Below, piece by piece: positions 45,260-53,764 of a stretch of 55,322 nt of DNA. The stretch comes from an uncultured Candidatus Saccharibacteria bacterium (GTDB lineage: Bacteria; Patescibacteriota; Saccharimonadia; Saccharimonadales; AWTP1-31): NCBI GenBank assembly GCA_964615565.1, contig CAZTPC010000006.1, positions 1 to 55,322 of the forward strand, given 5' to 3'. The position numbers and the translations under genes are program-made. Under the pieces are notes generated by a model. The model did no database searches. It was given only the letters and a program-made list of their open reading frames with translations, and had not been told where the DNA came from. Position 1 is the first letter of the stretch. The number at the start of each line of letters is the position of its first letter.

Positions 45260-46162
45260 ATGACAAAAGAAACAGCCCCAATAACCGATCCTAAACTAAA
45301 CGCCCTACTTATCGGTGGTGGATCTACCTACGGTAATGGTAAAGACCTTGCCGAACAAGGGGAGCTGTTATCTGTCGGTCTAGAGATGACTGGCGAACAA
45401 AAGCCAGAAGTCCTAATTGTCCCATCTGCACGATGGATAAAAGAAGGCCCAATTGACACAATTGTTGGCCGATTTGTTGATCACTATAAAAGCCTTGGCG
45501 TTAACGCTCGTCCGCTACATGGGTTCCTCTATGAACCGCACGAGATACTATACCCAACTATTGAGGAGATGCCTGTTGTCGATAGCCGTATGCCAAGTCA
45601 CGACGAGCTCGAAGAGCGAATCCGCAAGGCAAACCTTATCTTTACCCTAGGTGGTGACTCCCACCGAATGTTGCAAGCGGTATGGAAGCCATATGGTATT
45701 GATGGCATGATGACCGATGCTATTCATAGCGGAACCATTGTAAGTGGCTCTAGTGCCGGTATGCTCTATCCATTTGCAAATATGCAGACAGACGCATCAA
45801 GCCTTAAAACTCCAGAAGATAAAGACTTCCACGTTACCGAAGGACTTGGTCTTATTCCTGACACAGTTGCTGCTGCTCACTACGACACTACTCCAAAAGA
45901 CAATCCCGGCCACCCTCGTAAGGAAGACTTTGAGGCTCGTATGGCAGACCGCCGTGAACTTGGCGAACTTGGTATTGGTGTCGACGAACACGCTGCCCTA
46001 CAGATTGTTAACGGCGGTATCTTACGTGTAGTTGCCGGTTGGGACAATGGTTCTAGTCCTCGTCAAGTACACACCATCCATTACCGCGACCCAAACCAGG
46101 CGCCTGTTATGCGCGATCTTGGCCCACAAGACGATACCTTTACGACTGCTGACTTGGTATAA
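45260..46162 (+). CDS. peptidase S51 family (cyanophycinase/PepE-like)
   Basis: 'LIFTLGGDSHRML' and 'GTIVSGSSAGMLY' (GxSAG nucleophile elbow). TGcTATAAT (45241-45249) lies 10 nt upstream of the ATG. Confidence 0.7.
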   Translation: MTKETAPITDPKLNALLIGGGSTYGNGKDLAEQGELLSVGLEMTGEQKPEVLIVPSARWIKEGPIDTIVGRFVDHYKSLGVNARPLHGFLYEPHEILYPTIEEMPVVDSRMPSHDELEERIRKANLIFTLGGDSHRMLQAVWKPYGIDGMMTDAIHSGTIVSGSSAGMLYPFANMQTDASSLKTPEDKDFHVTEGLGLIPDTVAAAHYDTTPKDNPGHPRKEDFEARMADRRELGELGIGVDEHAALQIVNGGILRVVAGWDNGSSPRQVHTIHYRDPNQAPVMRDLGPQDDTFTTADLV

Positions 46163-46169
46163 ATAGTCT

Positions 46170-46790
46170 ATGACATCACTTGTTTGGTACGCGTGCTACG
46201 GCTCTAACCTAGAGCAAGAACGTTTTATGCACTACATCGATGGTGGTACGCCTGTAGGTGGCACCCGTGATCACCCTGGCACAACCGACAAAACTCCCCC
46301 TCTAGCCACCGAAGCATTCGATATCCCCTATTCCTTATACTTTGCCGGTGAGTCTCAGAACTGGGGTGGCGGCTTTGCCTTGCTGTCGGATGAACTAAGC
46401 GATAAGCCATCTCTTGGTCGCGCTTACCTGGTCACTCTTGATCAATTCGAAGAGATAGTCGCCCAAGAGAGCTTGCGCGACATTCCTGAAAAGATTGACC
46501 CCGACCTACTAAAAAACATGGGGCAATTAGTTCTCGGTGACGGCCAAGGTCGTTACGACAAACTACTCTACTGTGGTGAGCTACTAGATATCCCGGTTAT
46601 TACCTTTACTTGTACTTCACCTCGAGAAGATATCAATAAGCCAAGTGAGGCATATCTATCCACAATTTATCGAGGGCTAACTGACTTATATCAGCTCACT
46701 CCTAGCCAAGCGGCCGATTATCTCGCAGACTGCCCAGGTATCAGGGGTGAGTATACTCACAGCCAGCTTGCAACACTATTTCAAGGATAA
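46170..46790 (+). CDS. gamma-glutamylcyclotransferase-like (GGCT/AIG2 fold) protein
   Basis: N-terminal 'VWYACYGSNL' matches the YxxYGSN(L/M) GGCT signature, with an acidic 'DQFEEIVAQE' segment. Function is tentative. Confidence 0.5.
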   Translation: MTSLVWYACYGSNLEQERFMHYIDGGTPVGGTRDHPGTTDKTPPLATEAFDIPYSLYFAGESQNWGGGFALLSDELSDKPSLGRAYLVTLDQFEEIVAQESLRDIPEKIDPDLLKNMGQLVLGDGQGRYDKLLYCGELLDIPVITFTCTSPREDINKPSEAYLSTIYRGLTDLYQLTPSQAADYLADCPGIRGEYTHSQLATLFQG

Positions 46791-46811
46791 TCGCTTACCC
46801 CTGTTAGTATA

Positions 46812-46840
46812 TTGACAAAATTACGCTTATGCTGTATAAT
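46812..46840 (+). promoter_or_regulatory. perfect consensus sigma70 promoter upstream of the ATP-grasp genes
   Basis: TTGACA (46812-46817), exactly 17-nt spacer, TATAAT (46835-46840). Confidence 0.7.
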
Positions 46841-46853
46841 GCTCGTATAAATG

Positions 46854-46895
46854 ACGTGAACCTTTGCCATATGTTTGGCACACGTTGTTTTTTTT
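46854..46895 (+). terminator. terminator-like hairpin plus T8 tract inside the leader (possible attenuator)
   Basis: ACGTG-(AACCTT)-TGCCA-TATGTT-TGGCA-CACGT, then TG and TTTTTTTT (46888-46895). Lies between the promoter and the ATG at 46920. Confidence 0.5.
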
Positions 46896-46919
46896 ATCAA
46901 CATAAGCTTTTATGTATAT

Positions 46920-48245
46920 ATGTCAGAGTTTCACGAAGCACAACAACGAGACCTAATTTTATTCGTAGGTGGCACCAAAGCTGATGCCACTGCTGTTTGT
47001 GTTAGCTACGAAACCAAGTACAAAAAACGTATCCGTGGTCTCTACCTCGGCAACACGGATTCTCCAAGTTATAACCCAAAGTCTACTGCGCTAGAGCGCA
47101 AGTACCTCATCCAACTTCCTATTGCCTTCCGTAGTATGTCTGCAGAGGAAATCTCTAATCGTCTCAAGCCATACAAGCCAAGACTCCTAACTGCTGTTTG
47201 CACCAAAGAGTACAACATTCGATATTACAAAAAAATTATTCCTCATATCCCATACGTGTTTGCTCCAACCCAAGAATCACTCGATTGGGCAACCGATAAG
47301 GTTGAGATGCGCAAGCGTATCCGTGAACACGCGCCAGAAATTAGTCCGGAATTTATGCTTATCTCAAACATGAGCGAAGCAACAATAAAAAAAGTTGAGA
47401 AGCGCGTTGGGTTCCCACTAGTTGTTAAGCCAGCAGGGCTTGCCGCAAGTAAGCACGTTACAATTTGCTATTACCGCGAAGAGTTTGAGCAGAGCGTAAA
47501 GAAAATCTTTACCTCCCTCAAGAAGATGTACAAAGAACGTGGTCGTGAAGACGCACCAAAGATTCTTGTAGAACAGTTCATGGATGGTGCAATGTATTCC
47601 ATCGACGCTTATGTAAACTCACGTGGTTTCGTATACCACTGTCCGCCAGTGTTTGTTAAAACGGGTGCTAATATTGGCTTTGACGATTTCTTTGGGTACA
47701 TGCGCATCACGCCTGTAATGCTTAAAGACCACAAGGTAGAACGCGCCAACCAAGCCGTGACCCAAGCTATACATGCGCTTGGTCTCCGCAACGTTACCTG
47801 CCACGTCGAACTTATGAAGACCGAAGATGGCTGGAAGATTATCGAAGTTGGCCCACGTGTTGGCGGCTATCGCCACACCATGTACAAACTTTCATATGGA
47901 ATCGACCACTTGCTTAACGATACTCTTATCCGTGTTCCGCAAAAGCCAATTGTTAAAGACCGTGCTCGGCAGCATGTTGCTGTACTGCAGTTCTTTGGCC
48001 GCACCGAAGGCAAGTTAGCTGCAATTGAAGGTGTTAAGCGTATACCAAAACTCGAATCATACGTAAGCGTAGATGTTCACCTAAAGAAAGGTGATGCCTG
48101 TAAGTTTGCCAAGAATGGCGGCAGCAGCGTCTTCGATGTAACCCTTGCTCATAAAACTCGTTCGCAGCTCTTAGCTGATATTCGTCGAATGGAAAAATTC
48201 ATTGTTATCCGTGTGGATAAGGCTAGCAATGCAAAAAAATCCTAA
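46920..48245 (+). CDS. ATP-grasp domain ligase (L-amino-acid-ligase-like), copy 1
   Basis: 'FPLVVKPAGLAASKHV', 'LVEQFMDG' and 'CHVELMKTEDGWKIIEVGPRVGG' follow the ATP-grasp Lys/hinge/Mg-site layout. Start at the ATG 46920 (MSEFHEAQ). Confidence 0.75.
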   Translation: MSEFHEAQQRDLILFVGGTKADATAVCVSYETKYKKRIRGLYLGNTDSPSYNPKSTALERKYLIQLPIAFRSMSAEEISNRLKPYKPRLLTAVCTKEYNIRYYKKIIPHIPYVFAPTQESLDWATDKVEMRKRIREHAPEISPEFMLISNMSEATIKKVEKRVGFPLVVKPAGLAASKHVTICYYREEFEQSVKKIFTSLKKMYKERGREDAPKILVEQFMDGAMYSIDAYVNSRGFVYHCPPVFVKTGANIGFDDFFGYMRITPVMLKDHKVERANQAVTQAIHALGLRNVTCHVELMKTEDGWKIIEVGPRVGGYRHTMYKLSYGIDHLLNDTLIRVPQKPIVKDRARQHVAVLQFFGRTEGKLAAIEGVKRIPKLESYVSVDVHLKKGDACKFAKNGGSSVFDVTLAHKTRSQLLADIRRMEKFIVIRVDKASNAKKS

Positions 48246-49524
48246 GTACCCCGATGCCAAGGTAGTAATCCTTGTCACTAACCCGCTTCACTATCAATAC
48301 TTCTTGCAGGACACCTGGCCAGAATGGCTGTATGTCGTTATTAGCCAAAAGGGTCCGGCCAATGACTACTATGCGCAAGATCAGCCTCGGGTTATTCGAG
48401 TCGATTCTATTAGTGGACCAAGTGAGCTATACGCAGCCAGTTCTCCCCTATTTCCAGATGAAACAAAGTACTTTGCCTGGAAAACGTTTGCTTTTGACGG
48501 TGAAGCTCTCGGTAATTCAAACGAGCAAGTGCGCGATCTCGAAAACAAGGTTATCATTCGCTCAACGATTGATAGCTCATTATTCCCTAAGCATCAAATT
48601 ATTGCTCCAGGCCAAGAAGTACACTTCGACCAACTTTGCGAACAGCTAGACGCCAAGGGTCTTGTGGTACAAACTGCCGTTTCTACAGGTGGTATGGGAA
48701 CATTTATGATCAAGTCTGAGGAAGAACTTCTTGATGCTGTCGAACGACATCAACTAGGTCAATCAGGCGAGTACGTCGTAAGTGAGAGAATCCCTGGTAT
48801 TTCGTATGGTCTGCAGTGCTACTTTAACGGCCAGAATTCTTTCTTCCCACCATATTGGCATAAAGATTTGGTTGGCATTGGTGGTGTCGCAAAACCAGAC
48901 AGTCCAAAGACTCAGTATAGTGGTGCCATCATCGAAAACATGCCTGTGGACATTCATGCCCAAGTTCAGAAAATTGTTGATGCATTTACGCCAGTCCTCG
49001 AACAAAATGGCTATATTGGTATATTTGGTATCGACCTAATACTCGGTGAGGATGGCACTGTCTATCTTGTAGAAATAAACCCTCGCTTCACAGCGGTCAG
49101 CCACCTTTACGCAACACTTATGCGTTCGCTGGGTGCGACCGACTACATAACCACACAACTTTCGCAGCTTATGAACGTTAGTGATCAGTCTGTTGCGCAA
49201 GTTACCAGCCCAATTGATTCCATGTATTACTACATCAAGTTGCAGAACCTCCTTGATAAGCCAGTGACGCTATCAGCTACTTGCAAGGTTGGGGTGTACA
49301 ACGAAAAATTAGAATTCAAGAATAGTCATTATGGCATAGACGGTCTCGACCAAGATGGAGATATCGCTGTCATCCCAGAGTTAGCAACCGGGCGAGAGAT
49401 CCAACCAGGCAGCCGTGGCATTAGCATTGTCGGCAAAGGTAACCCACTCGAAAATTCTGGGACACGACTGACAGACCACTACCTGCATGTCGCCAATAGC
49501 GTTCGTGCCAAATTTACAGACTAA
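48229..49524 (+). CDS. ATP-grasp domain ligase, copy 2
   Basis: 'GLVVQTAVSTGGMGTFMI', 'VVSERIPG' and 'GIDLILGEDGTVYLVEINPRFT'. ATG at 48229 is preceded by AAGG and overlaps copy 1 by 17 nt. Confidence 0.75.
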   Translation: MQKNPKYPDAKVVILVTNPLHYQYFLQDTWPEWLYVVISQKGPANDYYAQDQPRVIRVDSISGPSELYAASSPLFPDETKYFAWKTFAFDGEALGNSNEQVRDLENKVIIRSTIDSSLFPKHQIIAPGQEVHFDQLCEQLDAKGLVVQTAVSTGGMGTFMIKSEEELLDAVERHQLGQSGEYVVSERIPGISYGLQCYFNGQNSFFPPYWHKDLVGIGGVAKPDSPKTQYSGAIIENMPVDIHAQVQKIVDAFTPVLEQNGYIGIFGIDLILGEDGTVYLVEINPRFTAVSHLYATLMRSLGATDYITTQLSQLMNVSDQSVAQVTSPIDSMYYYIKLQNLLDKPVTLSATCKVGVYNEKLEFKNSHYGIDGLDQDGDIAVIPELATGREIQPGSRGISIVGKGNPLENSGTRLTDHYLHVANSVRAKFTD

Positions 49525-49556
49525 CTAACGTTAGTTACTAGCTTTTACGCGTAAAA
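49522..49556. repeat. two perfect palindromes (16 bp and 14 bp) at the convergent junction
   Basis: TAACTAACGTTAGTTA (49522-49537) contains the stop codons of both converging ORFs. TTTTACGCGTAAAA lies at 49543-49556. Confidence 0.85.
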
Positions 49557-49644
49557 AAGCCAGGATAATAAGACCGACAACAATTGCCAGGACACAGATT
49601 AGCAGCGGGATAAGCCCTTCTTGGTTGTCACGTAATTTAAGCAT
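49531..49644 (-). CDS. micro-ORF encoding a 37-aa single-TM peptide
   Basis: MLKLRDNQEGLIPLLICVLAIVVGLIILAFLRVKASN. Below the ORF-track size cutoff. TACAAT at 49652-49657 lies 7 nt upstream of the ATG, the same leaderless pattern as bona fide genes. Confidence 0.45.
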   Translation of the reverse strand: MLKLRDNQEGLIPLLICVLAIVVGLIILAFLRVKASN

Positions 49645-49688
49645 TACTTTTATTGTAGCAGCCCTGCCACCTACGGCAACCTACTGAG

Positions 49689-50570
49689 TTAAACTATGCA
49701 ACGGAGCTGGTGGCGTTGGATAGTTACCGTAACTTTCGCACTAGAGTCTATCGTATACACTTCGCCATCTAGTTGCACAGGCAGTGCCGTAACCGTACTA
49801 AATGAAAAACTTTTCGCCTGCTTCTCATGAGGGACACCAAGCATTGCAGACTTGACCATTACGCCGAGTAGTTTGGCTTTGTCTGCTTCTGCGGTTATAA
49901 CCTCGAATAGCCCATCATCAACACGCGCCGACTTACTCATCTTAAAAAACTTCGACATCTTTCCAACGTTACTGACAATGATGCTATGAAGCGTTTGTGT
50001 ACTTGCACCTATTTTTACCTCAAAAGGCTCCGACTCCAGGAATGCCTTGGCCGTAACCAAGATCTCCTTAGTTGGTGTCAGCTTAGTCTCGTTTAATGCC
50101 TTGCCAATCTCGGAAGTAATACCAAAGCCAATATAACTATGCGCAAATCGCTCCCATTGTTTGCCGTGGATGGTCGTCTGGATTTTAAGAACATCGACCA
50201 CCTGTAATTGCCCGGCTTTTAGCCTACGGATGACATACGGCTTATGCAGTGCTTTGTAATGATCGTTGGCGTTTCCGGACGGGACTAGCCCGGTAACTAC
50301 ACTATGCCCTCTTGGCTTTGGCTGCAGTGCGCCATTAACTAGCTCGTTATAGCCACCGTCCCCGCTAGACGACACAGCCAGTAATGTCTTATGCTTTTGG
50401 ACAAGGCCGGCAACAAGCTCTTCAGCATGCCCTGCGTGTGTTGTAGCTATAACTTGAACGTCGTCCGCTAACTTGGCACGCACTAGTCGTCTTCCGAAAC
50501 GCTTGGCATTACGTTCGCTCTCGCCGGTACTCTTTGGATTATATAAAACAACTGCTTGTTCAAACTGCAT
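49689..50570 (-). CDS. diacylglycerol/lipid kinase family protein (YegS/DagK-like)
   Basis: 'VVLYNPKS', 'ATTHAGHAEEL' and 'SSGDGGYNELVNG' (GGDGT-like). Start set to the ATG at 50570 (TATAAT at 50577-50582, 6 nt upstream). Confidence 0.75.
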   Translation of the reverse strand: MQFEQAVVLYNPKSTGESERNAKRFGRRLVRAKLADDVQVIATTHAGHAEELVAGLVQKHKTLLAVSSSGDGGYNELVNGALQPKPRGHSVVTGLVPSGNANDHYKALHKPYVIRRLKAGQLQVVDVLKIQTTIHGKQWERFAHSYIGFGITSEIGKALNETKLTPTKEILVTAKAFLESEPFEVKIGASTQTLHSIIVSNVGKMSKFFKMSKSARVDDGLFEVITAEADKAKLLGVMVKSAMLGVPHEKQAKSFSFSTVTALPVQLDGEVYTIDSSAKVTVTIQRHQLRCIV

Positions 50571-50628
50571 AGCTATATTATATGTTGCCTGGGCGGAATA
50601 TAATAAACATGTAAACCTGGAGGATACC

Positions 50629-51021
50629 ATGAAAGCAGTACACGGCTTTGGAAGCTACTCAGTAAAAGATGTTAATGCGGCGTTAGAATTTTATAAAGAT
50701 ACGCTAGGTTTGGCTGCAAATATCGATGAAAAGATGGGCATCATGCACGTCCCTATGCCGGGTGGCGGCGAAGTAATGATCTACCCTAAAGGCGATTCAC
50801 ACGAACCAGCTAGTTTTACAGTACTCAATCTCATTGTGACCGACATTGAGGCAAGCGTAGATGAACTGGCAGAAAAAGGTGTCGTATTCGAGCAATACGA
50901 CAGCGAATACAGTAAGACTGACACGAAGGGTATCGCCCGTACCGGAGAAGACGAAGATAGCTCAGCAATCGCTTGGTTTAAAGATCCAGCCGGCAACATA
51001 TTGTCACTAATTGAAGGTTAA
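50629..51021 (+). CDS. VOC family protein (glyoxalase/bleomycin-resistance fold)
   Basis: 'VKDVNAALEFYKDTLGL' and 'FKDPAGNILSLIE'. ATG at 50629 is preceded by GGAGGA. The longer track ORF from 50473 overlaps the divergent gene. Confidence 0.8.
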   Translation: MKAVHGFGSYSVKDVNAALEFYKDTLGLAANIDEKMGIMHVPMPGGGEVMIYPKGDSHEPASFTVLNLIVTDIEASVDELAEKGVVFEQYDSEYSKTDTKGIARTGEDEDSSAIAWFKDPAGNILSLIEG

Positions 51022-51033
51022 GTAAGAGTTTTC

Positions 51034-51834
51034 GTGCAACCACCAACCATACTTCTCCACTCTTCAAAAACAATGCAGAGCACGACAGAGTCCGGCGATC
51101 TACTGTCGCCGGTGCTGTTAGATAAAGCCAAAGTTTTGCAGACGTATGCATCTACGCTGAGCAGCAAACAAATTGCAGCATGTATGAAGGTATCTTCCGG
51201 GCTAGCCGTTAAAACCGTAGCAACCATATCGGCATGGTCTAGCGATCCGAACAAACAGTCATTGGCGATCGACACGTTTAAAGGTGATATTTACAGTGGT
51301 CTACAGGCACACGATCTAAGTAATGTCGAGCGAGAATACGCCAATAAACACCTAGTAATTTTATCTGGGCTGTATGGAATCATTCGACCATTTGACGGGA
51401 TTATGCCGTATCGTCTAGAAATGATGTACAAGTTCCCAAAGAAACCATTCGATAATTTGTACAACTTCTGGGGTTCGTCTATCGCCGAACAACTACCTGA
51501 AGTCGGACTTATTATTAACGTCAGTTCTGTCGAATACAGCAGGTTGGTAACACCATTTGTCGATGCCGCTCGGATCGTGACACCACTGTTTTACACCGTC
51601 AGTCCGAAGACTGGCGAACCAACATTTGTTACGGTACATGCCAAGATTGCTCGTGGAGCGTTTGCCCGCTGGGCAATTACATCACAAGCGGGCACCGAGC
51701 AAGAAATGAAAAACTTTGATCTATTGGGCTACAAATACAGTCCTGAGCTGAGCAAAGTAAAACAGCCTGCTTTTGTTACTAAAGACTTTGGTGGACTTGG
51801 ATTAAGTATTCGGCTACTCAACAAAGCAAGCTAG
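51034..51834 (+). CDS. yaaA: YaaA/UPF0246 (DUF328) peroxide-stress family protein
   Basis: 'ILLHSSKTM', 'GDIYSGL', 'ILSGLYGIIRP...PYRLEM' and 'KIARGAFARW' are the family landmarks. GTG start. Confidence 0.75.
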   Translation: MQPPTILLHSSKTMQSTTESGDLLSPVLLDKAKVLQTYASTLSSKQIAACMKVSSGLAVKTVATISAWSSDPNKQSLAIDTFKGDIYSGLQAHDLSNVEREYANKHLVILSGLYGIIRPFDGIMPYRLEMMYKFPKKPFDNLYNFWGSSIAEQLPEVGLIINVSSVEYSRLVTPFVDAARIVTPLFYTVSPKTGEPTFVTVHAKIARGAFARWAITSQAGTEQEMKNFDLLGYKYSPELSKVKQPAFVTKDFGGLGLSIRLLNKAS

Positions 51835-51837
51835 ATA

Positions 51838-52536
51838 CTAGCGGCCAAGCTCTTCCCAAACTTCGTCACTAAAGACGTTGTCGGTATTAAAGTATTCTTC
51901 CCAGTGCTGGTTGTAATAGGCATACATTCGCCCCATTAGCGCATCGCTCGCGTAGTATAGCTTGAGCTTTTCTGCAAGCACATCTATTGTTGCTACTGCG
52001 TCATCCACTGATTCGCCGTCGGGGATCACCAGCTCGAGTTCAGCCTTATGGCCATAGCCAGCAACAAATTCGATATCGGCCTTTAGATTTTCGTCTAGGC
52101 TGTAAAAATCTCGTAGCGAAGACCACTTGGACACAAGTATTATGCCGGCACCAACGATTGCACCATTAATACTTTCAAGGTCCTGGTCTAGAACCACTTC
52201 ATACTCCATGCGGTTCGCGGCGTGTACGGCATCCTCACCAGAGGCTGCGCCTTTTACGGCAAAGTACTTGGTGTCGTCTATTGAGCGACACTTAACCATA
52301 ATCTCGTCACAATTTTCTACCAAGGTAGTGAGGTCGGCCATCTGCGCCTCAGTGAGTAGCGCCTTACCGGCAGCCAGAATCTGATCTTTAGACTCTGCCT
52401 TTTTATAGAAGTAACTAATGACCGTCTTAGTGCCTTTTAACTCCATGCCGGGAAACAGATCTTTTAGGTTTTGGACTAAGTCTTCTCGGTCGGCTTTGTT
52501 TTTGAGTAGGTACTTTTTTTCGATCTCTCGTTGCAT
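51838..52536 (-). CDS. CYTH-domain protein (second copy in window)
   Basis: Starts 'MQREIEKKYLLKN' (ExExK motif), with a later 'AELELVIPDG'. TATACT at 52543-52548 lies 6 nt upstream of the ATG. Confidence 0.6.
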   Translation of the reverse strand: MQREIEKKYLLKNKADREDLVQNLKDLFPGMELKGTKTVISYFYKKAESKDQILAAGKALLTEAQMADLTTLVENCDEIMVKCRSIDDTKYFAVKGAASGEDAVHAANRMEYEVVLDQDLESINGAIVGAGIILVSKWSSLRDFYSLDENLKADIEFVAGYGHKAELELVIPDGESVDDAVATIDVLAEKLKLYYASDALMGRMYAYYNQHWEEYFNTDNVFSDEVWEELGR

Positions 52537-52551
52537 ATCTTAAGTATACCG

Positions 52552-53295
52552 TTAGACCGATATTGTGCTAAATAACGTAATGCGAACTGGCGGCTCAAAG
52601 TCTTCGGTGGCCAACAAATCGCTGTCAATAACAGCGGGTGTATGTGGATCGCATCCAGTCATAAACTGCTCAACAGTCCCGGCTTCGGAATACTCTCGTG
52701 GCCCGGTTAACGGCACGCCAGCTATATAGTCCCCTGCAGAGATATCAAAACCGTTTGGATCTACTGAATCTCTTGGCCATTCGGTACCCGGCCCGATAAC
52801 GGTTACCCCGTAACGGATCGCAAACGTACCAGGATCATCTACATGCAAGTCTTCATCATCATCTGTATACAGACCTGCTTGCATACGCAATGTAGGCGTG
52901 TCGGTTTGTACAATTCCGTTCCTTTGTAGGTCGTCTTGCACGACCTGTTCAAATAACGATACAACTTTTCGTAACACTTCCCTGGCCGCAGGATCAAGCA
53001 CGGGCACTCCGTCTTGCTTTGCTGCATCTGCTGCAACTTGATCATCTTCGTCCAATACGGGTGTGCCGAACTCCGTGTGCTCGAATGTTAGTGATCGCTT
53101 CAGTAAGTCGATTTGCTCATTTGTTAAACGAATAACCGCAACATGATTTGGTCCAGGACATTCGCCATCCTCCCACCATGATTCTTGACGCTGGCGCTCT
53201 TCGTCTAGATTAAGTGGTTTTTGCCGTACGTATTCTGCCTGCATGTGGTCAACCGGCTGGTCACCGCTAGCAGATGGTGCTTCAAGTGTATCCAT
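52552..53295 (-). CDS. hypothetical acidic protein (HxD...GPGT...HTP motif series)
   Basis: Start set to the ATG at 53295, the first Met after the stop of the upstream gene at 53307. The 300-aa track version overlaps that gene by about 150 nt. Confidence 0.5.
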   Translation of the reverse strand: MDTLEAPSASGDQPVDHMQAEYVRQKPLNLDEERQRQESWWEDGECPGPNHVAVIRLTNEQIDLLKRSLTFEHTEFGTPVLDEDDQVAADAAKQDGVPVLDPAAREVLRKVVSLFEQVVQDDLQRNGIVQTDTPTLRMQAGLYTDDDEDLHVDDPGTFAIRYGVTVIGPGTEWPRDSVDPNGFDISAGDYIAGVPLTGPREYSEAGTVEQFMTGCDPHTPAVIDSDLLATEDFEPPVRITLFSTISV

Positions 53296-53306
53296 TCCTG
53301 GCAAGC

Positions 53307-53720
53307 CTAGATGTTGTACAGGATCGCTGCAGCCGCCATAAGACACACTAGTGAACCACTGGCCATAATTGCGATCTTTTGGATGATCCACTTGGCTTCT
53401 GTACCGCCAAAGATAACTGCTGCCGTTTGTATTGGAACTACAAAGCCAATCCAAGCTAAAGCAGCCAGAGTATAGACCGAATAGTCAGGGAGCAGGGTCA
53501 TAAATTTTGCTAGCACTGTTGTAGTAATAAACGTAACTGCAAGCTGCACACCAAGCAGTGGCATCATATCTTTTTGCGCCTGATCTTGTTGCTTCTTACT
53601 TAGTTTTTCGAAACCATGGATATTGCGCCATGCCCGGCCAAATACTGGCATGTACCAGATTGCGCCAATAATAAATTCTGCTACCGTTGCAAGTAGTACT
53701 GTACCGAAGTTGATACTCAT
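53307..53720 (-). CDS. DUF1761-like membrane protein
   Basis: 'INFGTVLLATVAEFIIGAIWYMPVFGRAW' N-terminus and four TM helices. AGGGGA Shine-Dalgarno upstream. Confidence 0.6.
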   Translation of the reverse strand: MSINFGTVLLATVAEFIIGAIWYMPVFGRAWRNIHGFEKLSKKQQDQAQKDMMPLLGVQLAVTFITTTVLAKFMTLLPDYSVYTLAALAWIGFVVPIQTAAVIFGGTEAKWIIQKIAIMASGSLVCLMAAAAILYNI

Positions 53721-53764
53721 CTAGAGTCCCCTTTTGTTATATACCTTCAGTATAGCAAAATGAC

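Noticed and set aside
46871-46984. Possible leader peptide ORF (ATG at 46871, 37 codons) in the ATP-grasp leader
   Set aside because: It has no Shine-Dalgarno, starts inside the hairpin loop, runs out of frame into the ATP-grasp gene, and shows no amino-acid bias suggestive of an attenuation peptide or RiPP precursor.
40946-50630. Possible genomic island integrated at tRNA-Lys (accessory-looking genes downstream: peptidases, repeat protein, SDR, MBL, ATP-grasps)
   Set aside because: There is no integrase or recombinase gene. I could not find a direct repeat of the tRNA 3' end downstream, and promoter and codon style look the same as the flanks. It cannot be excluded without a computed repeat search.
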